Part shown: one piece after another, positions 29,795-39,633 of the stretch
Layout: each line of letters begins with the position of its first letter
How positions within the stretch are numbered: position 1 is the stretch's first letter
Origin: Candidatus Avacidaminococcus intestinavium
Lineage (GTDB): Bacteria > Bacillota > Negativicutes > Acidaminococcales > Acidaminococcaceae
Length of the DNA: 64,000 nt
Reading direction: 5' to 3'
Assembly (NCBI GenBank): GCA_018714505.1
Contig: DVNI01000040.1
Span: 13,158-77,157 of the forward strand
Made by a program: the position numbers and the translations under genes
The notes under the pieces: model-generated
Database searches by the model: none
Told to the model about the DNA's origin: nothing
What the model saw: only the letters and a program-made list of their open reading frames with translations

Positions 29795-30284
29795 TCTTTT
29801 AGAACGAGGCCTCAAAGTGGTTTTCTGTGGAACGGCACCGGGCAATATCTCAGCAAAAGAGCAAGCATATTATGCAGCAGCGAGCAATAAGTTTTGGAAA
29901 ATAATTTTTAAAGCGGGCATTATACCATATAGATTGCAAGCACAAGAATTTGAGCAAGCGCTGCGTTACGGTGTAGGTTTTACTGATTTAGCGAAACATG
30001 AATCGGGCGTCGATAAAGAATTGAGTAAAGAGGCTTTTGATCGAAGTGCTTTATATGAAAAAATCTTGACCTACCAGCCTACAGTGTTGGCCTTTACCAG
30101 CAAACGGGCAGCACAAGAGTTTTTTGGTTATAAAACGACAGCGCAACTAAAATATGGTAGACAAAAAGATCAAATTGGGTTAACGACTATTTTTGTTTTA
30201 CCTTCTCCATCGGCAGCAGCGATTCGTTGGTGGCAGGAAGAGCCTTGGTTTAAGTTAGGATTGTATTTGCAAAAAGAAAACTAA
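29778..30284 (+). CDS. uracil-DNA glycosylase superfamily protein (Mug/TDG- or hypoxanthine-DNA-glycosylase-like)
   Basis: [30 protein letters not shown] aligns by eye with E. coli Mug VVFCGINPG...HPANRFW. C-terminal VLPSPSAA motif. The start overlaps the msrAB 3' end by 17 nt. Confidence 0.7.
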   Translation: MMILPDLLERGLKVVFCGTAPGNISAKEQAYYAAASNKFWKIIFKAGIIPYRLQAQEFEQALRYGVGFTDLAKHESGVDKELSKEAFDRSALYEKILTYQPTVLAFTSKRAAQEFFGYKTTAQLKYGRQKDQIGLTTIFVLPSPSAAAIRWWQEEPWFKLGLYLQKEN

Positions 30285-30299
30285 CGAGGAGGCGATTAG

Positions 30300-32147
30300 A
30301 TGACAATGTTAATTGCTTTTTTAAAAAAGGTGATTAGTGGTATCGGTAAAGCATTTATAACATATCCAGTGGCAATGTTGTGCAATGTAATTTTTGCATT
30401 AGTCACAAGTGCGCGTATTTATTATGATTGGCCAATCTTACGTAGCTATGAGTTCTTGCTAGATAGTATACAATTAGCGTGTTTAGCAGGTGCTTTAGGA
30501 AGTATGGCTTTGGTAACATGGGCACAAAGTCGCTGGGGTTATACCCCAAAAATCAAAATTATCCATCTAGTTAGCTTTGGACTAGTTCTTATTATTTTTG
30601 CAGGTGTATATATTTGGGGTGGGCGGCTAACTGGTATTAGCGATAATCAATACTTAACAATTACAGAGCTAGCATCAGCAAGGGTGTTTGCGGTAAGCAC
30701 TGTAAGTTTATTATTGTTTATTATTTTTGCCGGAGCGCCCGTTAAAGCACCGCAAGTAGACCGTTCCTTTTTTATGACGCAAAAAGCGTTTTTTATTGCG
30801 TTAATTTACGGTATTGTCTTATGGCTAGGCACAGCCGGTGTTGCCAGAGCTATTGAGGTGCTGTTATATCAAGGGCTGAGTAGTGATATTTATGGTTATT
30901 TAGGTATTACTGCAGGTTTTTTGGCTTTTACATTTTTTATTAGTTATTTCCCAAGCTTTTATGAGGGTGCAGAAGATGTATACAGACAAAACGCGGAGCA
31001 ACAACCTAAATTTATTATTGTTTTATTTAACTATATTTTAGTACCTGTACTGCTTGCTTTAACCCTGGTTTTACTTGTGTGGACAGTACAAACTATTGGT
31101 GACGGAAGCTGGCAACGCTTTGAACGACTAGCCTGGATTGCAGCTGGCTATACGGTGTTTGGTATTTGGCTACATTTGATGGTTGCGTCTTACGATGTGA
31201 AGCCAGCTACTTTTTATAAAAAGCTGTATCCATTTGCCGCACTTATTATTTTGGCAACGGAAGCTTATGTTTTATATGCACAGGTACAAAGAGCTGGGCT
31301 TGGCGAAACAGAATATTGGTTTTCGGTGGTTTGGCTCCTAACAGTCTTTGCTGCCGTAGGTTTACTGTGGCGAAGACCGCAAATTTATCGTGATATACTC
31401 TTTGTTGCTTGCGCTCTAACTATGATTACTGTTATGCCACTTATCGGTTATAATGATTTACCCGTTGCCTGGCAAGTTAAGCGAGTAGAACGTTTACTAC
31501 AAGCAGAAAATTTATTAATTAATAATCAGCTCCAGCCAGCACAAAAAGAAATAAGTGAAACAGCTAAAGCGGAGATCACCGAAACAATCTTATTTTTAGC
31601 AAAAAAAGATAATGCGCAAATACCCGCTTGGTTAACACCCGATTTAAAAAATAATAGCGATTTTCAAGCAGCCTTTGGCTTTAATCAGACGCATAGTATA
31701 GATCCGCATATTCCAAGCAGTACTTGGGAAAATGTTTATTTATATGCTAAAAATCAACCCATTATGATTGATGGTTACCAGTGGTCGGTGCAACCAGAAG
31801 TATATGGCTCACAAGAAGAAGAGTGGCAGCTTACTGCAGATACGGGAACTTATACTCTATACTGGCGCCTTAATGAAACAAATGGAGTTCCAACTATAGA
31901 GCTTCGTCAAGCTGAGAAGAGTCTGCTTAAGGAAAGCCTAAGCGCGTATAGCAAGCGTTTGTTGCAAAAATATCCACTTAATCACGGTGGCGGTAACTTT
32001 GATGCAACGCTTGCGGATCTGAGTGTAGTACTAGAAAATCCGCAAGCAAAGGTTTATATTGTTTTTGAATATATTAGTTTAGGAAAAAAGGGAGAACAAG
32101 AACAACATCGTTTTACGCCACAAATGATTTATATACAAATAAAATAA
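30300..32147 (+). CDS. large polytopic membrane protein of unknown function (about 10 TM segments plus a ~210-aa soluble C-terminal domain)
   Basis: 615-aa ORF with a GAGGAGG RBS. Hydrophobic N-terminal ~400 aa and hydrophilic C-terminal region. No catalytic motif recognised. Confidence 0.6.
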   Translation: MTMLIAFLKKVISGIGKAFITYPVAMLCNVIFALVTSARIYYDWPILRSYEFLLDSIQLACLAGALGSMALVTWAQSRWGYTPKIKIIHLVSFGLVLIIFAGVYIWGGRLTGISDNQYLTITELASARVFAVSTVSLLLFIIFAGAPVKAPQVDRSFFMTQKAFFIALIYGIVLWLGTAGVARAIEVLLYQGLSSDIYGYLGITAGFLAFTFFISYFPSFYEGAEDVYRQNAEQQPKFIIVLFNYILVPVLLALTLVLLVWTVQTIGDGSWQRFERLAWIAAGYTVFGIWLHLMVASYDVKPATFYKKLYPFAALIILATEAYVLYAQVQRAGLGETEYWFSVVWLLTVFAAVGLLWRRPQIYRDILFVACALTMITVMPLIGYNDLPVAWQVKRVERLLQAENLLINNQLQPAQKEISETAKAEITETILFLAKKDNAQIPAWLTPDLKNNSDFQAAFGFNQTHSIDPHIPSSTWENVYLYAKNQPIMIDGYQWSVQPEVYGSQEEEWQLTADTGTYTLYWRLNETNGVPTIELRQAEKSLLKESLSAYSKRLLQKYPLNHGGGNFDATLADLSVVLENPQAKVYIVFEYISLGKKGEQEQHRFTPQMIYIQIK

Positions 32148-32374
32148 TTTTTATAGAAGTACTGAACCCTAGCTTATTTCTATTTTTGCTGTAAGAATTT
32201 GTGGTGTTTTAGGAGGCACTAAACTAAAGCTTAGAGCAATCTGTAAGCATAATGATAATAATTTAAAATTCTTTGTAATAGTAAGTACTCATTGACAAGC
32301 TATCTGTAATGAAGGTACGATACTAAATAGTAAGATAATTAAAATATTTAAATTTATAGGGAAGGAAGCTTGTA

Positions 32375-34771
32375 ATGACCAAGGGACACAGACCAGATAT
32401 AGCAATGAACAATGAAGATACAAATAAAAACAAAAACAGAGCGGGATTTCACGTTGTTAATCATGTTATGGATAATATAGTATGGCGAGTTAACTTTACT
32501 AGTATGAAAATAATGGATATTAGTAGTGTCGTCAAGAGTGTCTTAGGCTATGAAGTTGAAGAAGTAATCGGGGTAGATATTCGTAAAATAGTAATGCCAG
32601 AGAGCTATAACCAATTATTAAAGTACATACCTTTATGGCAAAAAGAACTTAATGGTAATATTTTTAGAAGTTTGCATATTGTAGGACGCATTGAGCATAC
32701 GATGAAAGATTCAGATTTGACAAAATGGGTAGAAGTGAATGCACAAGTCTTTGTGCGCAGTAACGGTGAGTTAATCGCTGTTGGTGTTAGCCGTGAAGAG
32801 TCGAATAAAGAGACATTATTTTCGCTATATAATGAATTAGCAGAACAACGAAAAATATTGCAAGAAACTCTTGATATGCAACCGTGCTATCTGAGTTGTT
32901 ATGATCCAGATGGAAAATATCTATTTGTTAATCAACGTTTTGCCGATTACTGGGGCTGTGATAAAAATGAAATCATTGGTAAGCCCATCTTTGGTCCTTC
33001 ACGAGTGCATTTGGATGATAAGGAAAAACATAAAAACCTTTTTGCTAGAGCACAGAAAGGTTTAGCGGGAGAATTTATTGATTCGTATACAAGTAGTAAT
33101 GGTAACTCCTTAGAAAAAGAGTGGGCTTATGGACAGTATTTTCCTGTTATTGATGAATTCGGCAAAGTAACAAAGATTTTTGTTTCGGTAGTTGATATTA
33201 CAGAGCAGTATAAACTAAAGCAGCAGCTTGTTGAAGCAGAGCTAGTGGGTAGAACTGATAGTTGGCGACTTAACTTAGAAACTGATGAACTTTTTTGTTC
33301 ACCAGGCGTTATGTCGCTTTATGGTATTAATGAAGATGATATAGCGAAAAAATCTTATTATGCATTTTTAGATTGCTATAAAAAAGAGTATCGGCAAGTC
33401 GTTATTGATAAAGTACAAGAAGCAATAGCTAAAGATTTAGCGGTTACCTTAGAAATAGAATGCAACTTCCCTGATGGACAAGCAGGTTGGATTAGACTGT
33501 CTTGTTCAATGATGAAAAACAATGAAGGCAAGCCTTATGAAGTATTAGGGCGGGTTGAAGATATTACCAATCAGAAAAAACTCGAGGTTATAAACAAGAA
33601 TAATACAGAACGACTACGCGTCTTTTTGCGTAATTTGCCCGGCGTGGGCTTCATTACAGATTTAAATGGTGATGTACTAGAGTTCTTTGACGAAGGACAA
33701 GTATTGCAGACAAAGAGTGCTAATTATATTTTAAATAGTAACATTTTGGAATTATTTAAGAATGATGCTACGGTGATTAAAGAAAAAATGAGGCTAGCAG
33801 TAGAGCGACATTCCTTACAGTTTTGTGAAGGTGTTTTAGATTATGGCAAGCAGAAAAAATGGTTTAAAATAAGAATTTCAAGACTAAGTTATGGTGAAAA
33901 TCCAAGAGCAGCACTCGCATTTTACTTGATGGACGTGAGTTCACAGGTAAAAAGCAACTTGATTCTTGATAAAGATACCTTGCAAAGATCTAAGGATATT
34001 TTGTTTAATGAACTCATTGAAGGTAAAACCATTCTTAGTAATAGCGTGCTTGATCAAGCTTGGCAATTGCAAATTAATCTAGTCCAAGATTTTTCTTTAT
34101 TTATAATTTTGTTTAATGAAAATCTTGAGTTTACTTTGACAAATAATCAAATACTTAAACTCATTGGACTTGTTGAAAGTAAGGAACAAGCAATCGTTTG
34201 GCGGACGAAAGAAGGTTTTGCTGTTTTGCGCCCGCTGGTGCGTAGTGTTGAAGACATTAAAAAAGAAGAGCTGCAATATGCAAATAGGGTGCAAGAACTT
34301 CTGCAAAGGATACCAGAAGTAGTTAAGCAAACTTTTTATATTGGCATCGCTGAATTTTCTACTGAGACTTTTAAACATTTGCCGCGTAGTTATAAACAAG
34401 CGCTAACAGCTGCTGAATTAGGACGCAAAGAAAGACCTGAGCAAACCATCTTTCATTTCTTAGATAGTGGCGTATTTCAATTTTTCCCCGCAGTTATGCA
34501 AGATGAATATATGCAAAAATTTATTAAGCGTACGATTGGTACTTTAGAAGAATATGACAAAGAGCATGATACGGAATTACTAGAAACTTTGAAATTTATT
34601 TTGAAAAGTGAAAGTTTGAAAGATGTAGCTGATAGTTTATTTGTACATCGACAAACTGTTTTGTTTAGAAAAAAGAGAATAGAACAGCTTTTAAAGATTT
34701 CTCTTGATGATTTTGAAACAAAACTTTCTTTAAGCATGGCTTTAAAATTTAAAAATGCTTTCTTTGAATAA
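32375..34771 (+). CDS. multi-PAS sensor fused to a PucR/CdaR-type helix-turn-helix transcriptional regulator (paralog 1)
   Basis: 798 aa with no TM segments. Several PAS-like modules (for example YLFVNQRFADYWGCDKNEIIGKP). C-terminal LFVHRQTVLFRKKRIEQLL is the PucR C-terminal HTH signature. Clear paralog of 60959-63349. Confidence 0.8.
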   Translation: MTKGHRPDIAMNNEDTNKNKNRAGFHVVNHVMDNIVWRVNFTSMKIMDISSVVKSVLGYEVEEVIGVDIRKIVMPESYNQLLKYIPLWQKELNGNIFRSLHIVGRIEHTMKDSDLTKWVEVNAQVFVRSNGELIAVGVSREESNKETLFSLYNELAEQRKILQETLDMQPCYLSCYDPDGKYLFVNQRFADYWGCDKNEIIGKPIFGPSRVHLDDKEKHKNLFARAQKGLAGEFIDSYTSSNGNSLEKEWAYGQYFPVIDEFGKVTKIFVSVVDITEQYKLKQQLVEAELVGRTDSWRLNLETDELFCSPGVMSLYGINEDDIAKKSYYAFLDCYKKEYRQVVIDKVQEAIAKDLAVTLEIECNFPDGQAGWIRLSCSMMKNNEGKPYEVLGRVEDITNQKKLEVINKNNTERLRVFLRNLPGVGFITDLNGDVLEFFDEGQVLQTKSANYILNSNILELFKNDATVIKEKMRLAVERHSLQFCEGVLDYGKQKKWFKIRISRLSYGENPRAALAFYLMDVSSQVKSNLILDKDTLQRSKDILFNELIEGKTILSNSVLDQAWQLQINLVQDFSLFIILFNENLEFTLTNNQILKLIGLVESKEQAIVWRTKEGFAVLRPLVRSVEDIKKEELQYANRVQELLQRIPEVVKQTFYIGIAEFSTETFKHLPRSYKQALTAAELGRKERPEQTIFHFLDSGVFQFFPAVMQDEYMQKFIKRTIGTLEEYDKEHDTELLETLKFILKSESLKDVADSLFVHRQTVLFRKKRIEQLLKISLDDFETKLSLSMALKFKNAFFE

Positions 34772-34800
34772 TTATTAATAAAAATGAGTGAAAAAACAAA

Positions 34801-34850
34801 ATAATTGCTCCTTATTGTACATCAGGTACAATAAGGAGCAATTATTTTTA
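34801..34850 (+). terminator. rho-independent terminator after regulator paralog 1
   Basis: 20-bp perfect stem ATAATTGCTCCTTATTGTAC / GTACAATAAGGAGCAATTAT followed by TTTTA. Confidence 0.85.
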
Positions 34851-34965
34851 TATCCCCCGAATAATTGAAAAAGAATATAAGGTATTGTATGGTTAGATAG
34901 GATTAATGAAAGTATGTCAAAATGTGAATGTTCGGGTTTATTAAATAAAAAATAGGGAATCTTAA

Positions 34966-36306
34966 ATGAAAAATAATATCAATAAACTAATTAAACCAAT
35001 ATTAATAGCAATGATGTTGGTTGTCGCTGTAAGTCCAACCGTACAGGCAGCTATTAGTAAGGATGGGAAAACAGAGCAAACTATTGACCTTGTGCAAGCT
35101 GTGCAAATAGCTGTAGCAAGGCATCCTTCTGTCTTAGCGGCAGGGCAGACGGTACAGCAATATGGTGGTGAAGTCGCTGCTGCCAAAAGTGGTAAGAATT
35201 TCCAATTTAATTTTGGTCTTAAAGCCAGTAATGAACGTGGTTACAGTAATAATAGTAAGCAAAGTACTAGTGCTGTTGTGAGCGTTAATAAAATGCTATA
35301 TGACTTTGGTAAAACAGATAGTGAAGTAGCCTATGCAAAGGCGCGTGAACAGCATGCCTTTGCCAGTTATAGTAATCGCATAGAAGCAATTGCTCTTTTG
35401 TCAGCGTCTGCCTATCTTGATGTTTTGCGTTATCAACAGCAATTAGCAGAAACAGAAAAACAACTAGCGGCAATTGAGCATATCTTGTATATTGTTGATC
35501 TCCGTGCGCAGGCTGGTATCAGTAGTTATGCCGATGTTGTACAAGTCAAGGCGCGTCTAGCAAGTGCCGAAGCGAATTTAACCAGTGTTAAGACCCAGCT
35601 ATGGCAACAAGAGAATCGTTTAAACCTGTATTTAGGCTTTCGTCCAACTTCTTTGCAACCAATCGATACAACATTGTTCCAAAAAGAAGAAGCAACCGCA
35701 GTTGATTTCACGCAAATGCCTGATTATGAAGAAGCCGTTGCAGAAGTAAATGCGGCTAAAACGAATTATAAAGCTTTAAAAGCACAGAGCTATCCTGCGT
35801 TAGCTTTGCAAGGTGAAGTGGGGAAAGCTTTAGATGGCAGACCTTCTTCCTATGATAAGGACGGTCAATATCGCGCAGTCTATCTGACATTGAATGAACC
35901 ACTAGGCGGTAGCGGTATTCACGAACGAACTGGAGCTGCTCAAAATAGTTTGGCTGCCGCAGAGCAACAATTGGAAGCGGTAGTTTTAGAAAAAAACATC
36001 GTTCTTGCTAATTACTTGGAACAAGTGACTGGCTATAAAAGTATGCTCGCATTTATAGCAGCACAAACAACGCACACGAAACTCACAAAAGAACTGTATC
36101 TTGATCAATATATGTTGGGTAAAAGAAGTATTTTGGATCTCCTAAATGTAGAGCAAGAACTCTATCAAACAGCTGTCCAAAGAAATCAGTTGAACTTTGA
36201 CATCTTAAAAACCTTGCTTACTTACCAAAAAGAATGTGGTCAACTTAGGACGATATTTGATTTAGCGGTAAGCGAAAAGAGTAAAGAGAGCGAGGCACAG
36301 GAATAA
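34966..36306 (+). CDS. tolC: TolC family outer-membrane protein of a type I secretion system
   Basis: Sec signal peptide ending VQA|AIS. 446 aa with internally duplicated coiled-coil-rich OEP architecture. It directly abuts the ABC exporter gene (stop at 36304-36306, ATG at 36307). Confidence 0.85.
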   Translation: MKNNINKLIKPILIAMMLVVAVSPTVQAAISKDGKTEQTIDLVQAVQIAVARHPSVLAAGQTVQQYGGEVAAAKSGKNFQFNFGLKASNERGYSNNSKQSTSAVVSVNKMLYDFGKTDSEVAYAKAREQHAFASYSNRIEAIALLSASAYLDVLRYQQQLAETEKQLAAIEHILYIVDLRAQAGISSYADVVQVKARLASAEANLTSVKTQLWQQENRLNLYLGFRPTSLQPIDTTLFQKEEATAVDFTQMPDYEEAVAEVNAAKTNYKALKAQSYPALALQGEVGKALDGRPSSYDKDGQYRAVYLTLNEPLGGSGIHERTGAAQNSLAAAEQQLEAVVLEKNIVLANYLEQVTGYKSMLAFIAAQTTHTKLTKELYLDQYMLGKRSILDLLNVEQELYQTAVQRNQLNFDILKTLLTYQKECGQLRTIFDLAVSEKSKESEAQE

Positions 36307-38424
36307 ATGGAGCAAGTTGAAAGTAACCTCTGTTGGTTAAATGGTCTTATTTATGCCGGAAGATTTTATGGCTTAGCCGTTTCCGAAGAAAAAGTATACG
36401 CCGATGCACGCTGGGCAACCAGTGAAGACTTACCTACCTTTATCGAAAGAACAGGTAGAAACATCGGCTTAAGTGTTGTCCCCTGCGAGTATGCACCACT
36501 TCAAGAAGAACGTTATCCCGTACTGGTAGAACTTCAAGGTGGCGGCGTTGCCTTTGTAGAAGAGGCAGATAACCTCTTGGTTTCCACCGAGTTTACGGAA
36601 TCGGCTACTGCACAAAAAAGATATACCAAAGAAGAGTTTAGCCTGCAAGTAACCGGCCTAGCGGTAGTAGTACGCCCCGCTGTTAATCAGCCAGATCCTC
36701 GTATTGATGAATATATCAAACCCTATGAAGAAAACTGGTTCCGTCGCATCGTCTTACGGGACTATAAAAAATATGGTGACGTAATTATTGCGTCACTAGT
36801 AGCTAATATTTTGGCGCTTAGTTCCATGATTTTTTCTATGCAAATGTATGACCGCGTAATTCCTTCGCAATCAGAGAATACTCTTTGGGTACTCTTTACT
36901 GGTGTAATGATTGCCTTAATTTTTGAGTTCTTGCTAAGAACTTCAAGGGTCGTAATCACTGATCATATCGGCAAAAAAGCAGATTTACGCCTTTCCGACT
37001 ATGTTTTTGGTCGGGCTTTACGCATTAAAACAACAGAGAAACCAAAATCGACCGGTACTTTTATTGCTCAATTACGAGAGCTAGAACAAGTGCGGGAGAT
37101 GATTACCTCTAATGTTATGGCAAGTTTAGCCGATTTACCTTTTATTTTCTTGTTCTTATTTGTTTTATGGTTTATTGGCGGTAAATTAGTATTTTTGGTT
37201 TTAGCAGTTATTCCTCTTGCCATCATCCCGAGTCTACTCGCACAATATAAATTTGCCAAATTAGCAAAAGAAGGTATGCGTGAAAGTACGTTGCGCAACT
37301 CACTTTTGGTAGAAGTAGTGCAAGGCAGTGAAGATATTAAACTAATGCGCGCTGAAGCTCGCTTTGAACATCAATGGCGTAATTACAATGAATTTTTGGC
37401 AGAAGTCGGTTTAAAACAACGCTTTTTAACAGCCTTGCTTTTAAATGGTTTTGCTGAATTACAAAGCTTTATTTATGTTTGTGTACTCTTAACAGGCAGT
37501 TACCTCGTTATGAGTGGAGAACTAACGACCGGTGCTTTAATTGGTTGTTCGATTCTTGCTTCACGGACAATCGCTTCGATTATTCGAGCAACGCAAGTTG
37601 TTTCACGCTGGCAGCAAACTAAAATTTCGTATGAAAGCTTAGATAACTTGATGCGTAAGCCAGTAGATTATGCCCAAGATAAGCAGACCATTAATGTGGA
37701 GAGTCTGCAAGGTAAATATGAATTAAATGATGTCATGTTTACTTATGGTGACGAAAATGCACCACCGGTACTTAGAATCAATAAACTACAGATTGCTCAA
37801 GGTGAAAAAATTGCCATTTTAGGGCGGATTGGCGCTGGTAAATCAACCTTGCTACAGCTTTTAGCAGGGTTAGCAGAACCACAAGCTGGTCTGGTTAAAA
37901 TAGATGATTTAAATTTAAATCAAGTTGATACTTCAACTGTGCGACGAGATATTGGACTTTTGCAGCAGAATGCAAGACTCTTTTTTGGCACAGTCAGAGA
38001 CAATTTGCTTTTAGGAAAACCAGAAGCCAATGATACCCAGATTCTAGTGGCTTTAAGAGCGGCAGGCGCACTTAGCGTAGTACAAAAACTGCCCAATGGT
38101 TTGGATTATTTAATCATGGAAGGGGGAATGGGGTTATCCGGCGGACAACGACAGGCGCTTTTATTAGCGCGCTTATTGCTTAAAGAACCGAATATATTAT
38201 TATTCGATGAACCAACTTCTGCACTTGATCCTAATACTGAACAAGCGGTTTTAACATCTTTAGCAACGATAAGTCAAGCAAAAACCTTAGTAGTGGCAAC
38301 CCACAAAATGTCGGTCTTGCGTATAGTAGAGCGAATAATTGTCCTCGAAGGTGGCAGAGTTGTGCTAGATGGGCCCAAAGATAAGGTTTTAGAGCAACTT
38401 TCCGGAGGTGCGAAAAAACAGTGA
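36307..38424 (+). CDS. type I secretion system permease/ATPase (HlyB/LapB family with an N-terminal C39-like domain)
   Basis: 705 aa. ~130-aa N-terminal C39-like domain, a 6-TM exporter core, Walker A GRIGAGKST, signature LSGGQRQ, Walker B LLFDEPTSALD. Confidence 0.9.
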   Translation: MEQVESNLCWLNGLIYAGRFYGLAVSEEKVYADARWATSEDLPTFIERTGRNIGLSVVPCEYAPLQEERYPVLVELQGGGVAFVEEADNLLVSTEFTESATAQKRYTKEEFSLQVTGLAVVVRPAVNQPDPRIDEYIKPYEENWFRRIVLRDYKKYGDVIIASLVANILALSSMIFSMQMYDRVIPSQSENTLWVLFTGVMIALIFEFLLRTSRVVITDHIGKKADLRLSDYVFGRALRIKTTEKPKSTGTFIAQLRELEQVREMITSNVMASLADLPFIFLFLFVLWFIGGKLVFLVLAVIPLAIIPSLLAQYKFAKLAKEGMRESTLRNSLLVEVVQGSEDIKLMRAEARFEHQWRNYNEFLAEVGLKQRFLTALLLNGFAELQSFIYVCVLLTGSYLVMSGELTTGALIGCSILASRTIASIIRATQVVSRWQQTKISYESLDNLMRKPVDYAQDKQTINVESLQGKYELNDVMFTYGDENAPPVLRINKLQIAQGEKIAILGRIGAGKSTLLQLLAGLAEPQAGLVKIDDLNLNQVDTSTVRRDIGLLQQNARLFFGTVRDNLLLGKPEANDTQILVALRAAGALSVVQKLPNGLDYLIMEGGMGLSGGQRQALLLARLLLKEPNILLFDEPTSALDPNTEQAVLTSLATISQAKTLVVATHKMSVLRIVERIIVLEGGRVVLDGPKDKVLEQLSGGAKKQ

Positions 38425-39605
38425 AGAATTTATGGCATAAATTACAGAAACTTTGGCCTAGCGATGCCTCACAAACAGCCTTTTTTTCTAAAACCATACA
38501 CCTTACTTTTCTTGGTTTAGTGCTTTTGGTTGTGTGGGCATATTGGGCAGAAGTTGATGAAGTAGCAAGTAGTACCGGTAAAGTTATTCCTTCAGGTAAA
38601 GAACAGACGATTCAGTCATTGGAAGGCGGAATTATTAGCAGTATTCACGTACGAGAAGGTGAAGAAGTACAAGCAGGCCAAGTTCTGGTAAAACTAGATC
38701 CAGTGCGGACATCTGCTGCTGTAGAAGAAAGTGCAGCGAAGGTTAACGCACTAGAAGCGACAGCGGCACGCTTAAAAGCGGAAGTCAGTGGCAGTCCACT
38801 TATTTTCCCACCTGAACTAGATCAAGAAAAAGAACTAAAAGCGGCAGAGACCAATTTGTACCATTCTCGCAAAGGCTCTTTAACGAGTACCTTAGCAAGC
38901 GTGAGTGATGCTTTAGCTTTAGTCAGGCAAGAAATTGCCATGACGGAGCCTCTCGTTAGTAAAGGCGCAGCTAGTCAAGTAGAAGTTTTGCGGTTAAAAA
39001 GACAGGAAAATGATTTAGTGCAAAAACTTAACGATACGGAATCACAATATGTGGTAAAAGCTCGAGAAGAACTAGCCAAAGTAAGTACTGAATTAGAAGC
39101 GCAAAAATCTGTCGCCCGAGGCCGAGAAGATGCTCTCAATCGGTTAGAAATTAAATCACCGGTACGCGGAATTGTTAAAAATGTAGAGGTAACGACAGTC
39201 GGTGGTGTTATTCCCCCGAATGGTCGCTTAATGGCAATTGTGCCTTTAGATGGACAGTTATTGGTTGAGGCTAGAGTATCGCCTAGAGATATCGCCTTTA
39301 TCAGAATGCAACAACAAGCCACAGTTAAAGTAACTGCTTATGATTATTCAATTTATGGCGCTTTACCAGGAGAAGTAGTGATGGTATCACCAGACTCAGT
39401 GCAAGATGAGGTGAAACGCGACAATTATTACTATCGCGTGTATATCAGAACCGATAAAGACTATTTGGTCAACAAAGCGGGCACAAGTTTTCCTATTTCA
39501 CCAGGTATGGTAGCGGTAGTTGATATTCATACAGGTAGCAAGACTATTTTTGATTATATAGTGAAACCTTTTAACAAATTACGGGAAGCTTTGCGAGAAC
39601 GTTAA
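38421..39605 (+). CDS. HlyD family type I secretion periplasmic adaptor
   Basis: Single N-terminal TM (LTFLGLVLLVVWAYW), a long coiled-coil hairpin, and a C-terminal beta-barrel region ending DYIVKPF. The GTG start overlaps the upstream stop (GTGA). Confidence 0.88.
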   Translation: MKNLWHKLQKLWPSDASQTAFFSKTIHLTFLGLVLLVVWAYWAEVDEVASSTGKVIPSGKEQTIQSLEGGIISSIHVREGEEVQAGQVLVKLDPVRTSAAVEESAAKVNALEATAARLKAEVSGSPLIFPPELDQEKELKAAETNLYHSRKGSLTSTLASVSDALALVRQEIAMTEPLVSKGAASQVEVLRLKRQENDLVQKLNDTESQYVVKAREELAKVSTELEAQKSVARGREDALNRLEIKSPVRGIVKNVEVTTVGGVIPPNGRLMAIVPLDGQLLVEARVSPRDIAFIRMQQQATVKVTAYDYSIYGALPGEVVMVSPDSVQDEVKRDNYYYRVYIRTDKDYLVNKAGTSFPISPGMVAVVDIHTGSKTIFDYIVKPFNKLREALRER

Positions 39606-39633
39606 AGTAATAAAAATAATGGAGGGATAGTTG

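Noticed and set aside
36307-36700. An active C39 bacteriocin-processing peptidase domain in the T1SS ABC protein.
   Set aside because: By-eye alignment to HlyB puts a Cys (NLCW) at the catalytic-Cys position, but I could not find the partner His, and the substrate has no double-glycine leader. I therefore call it a C39-like domain only. This needs a proper alignment.
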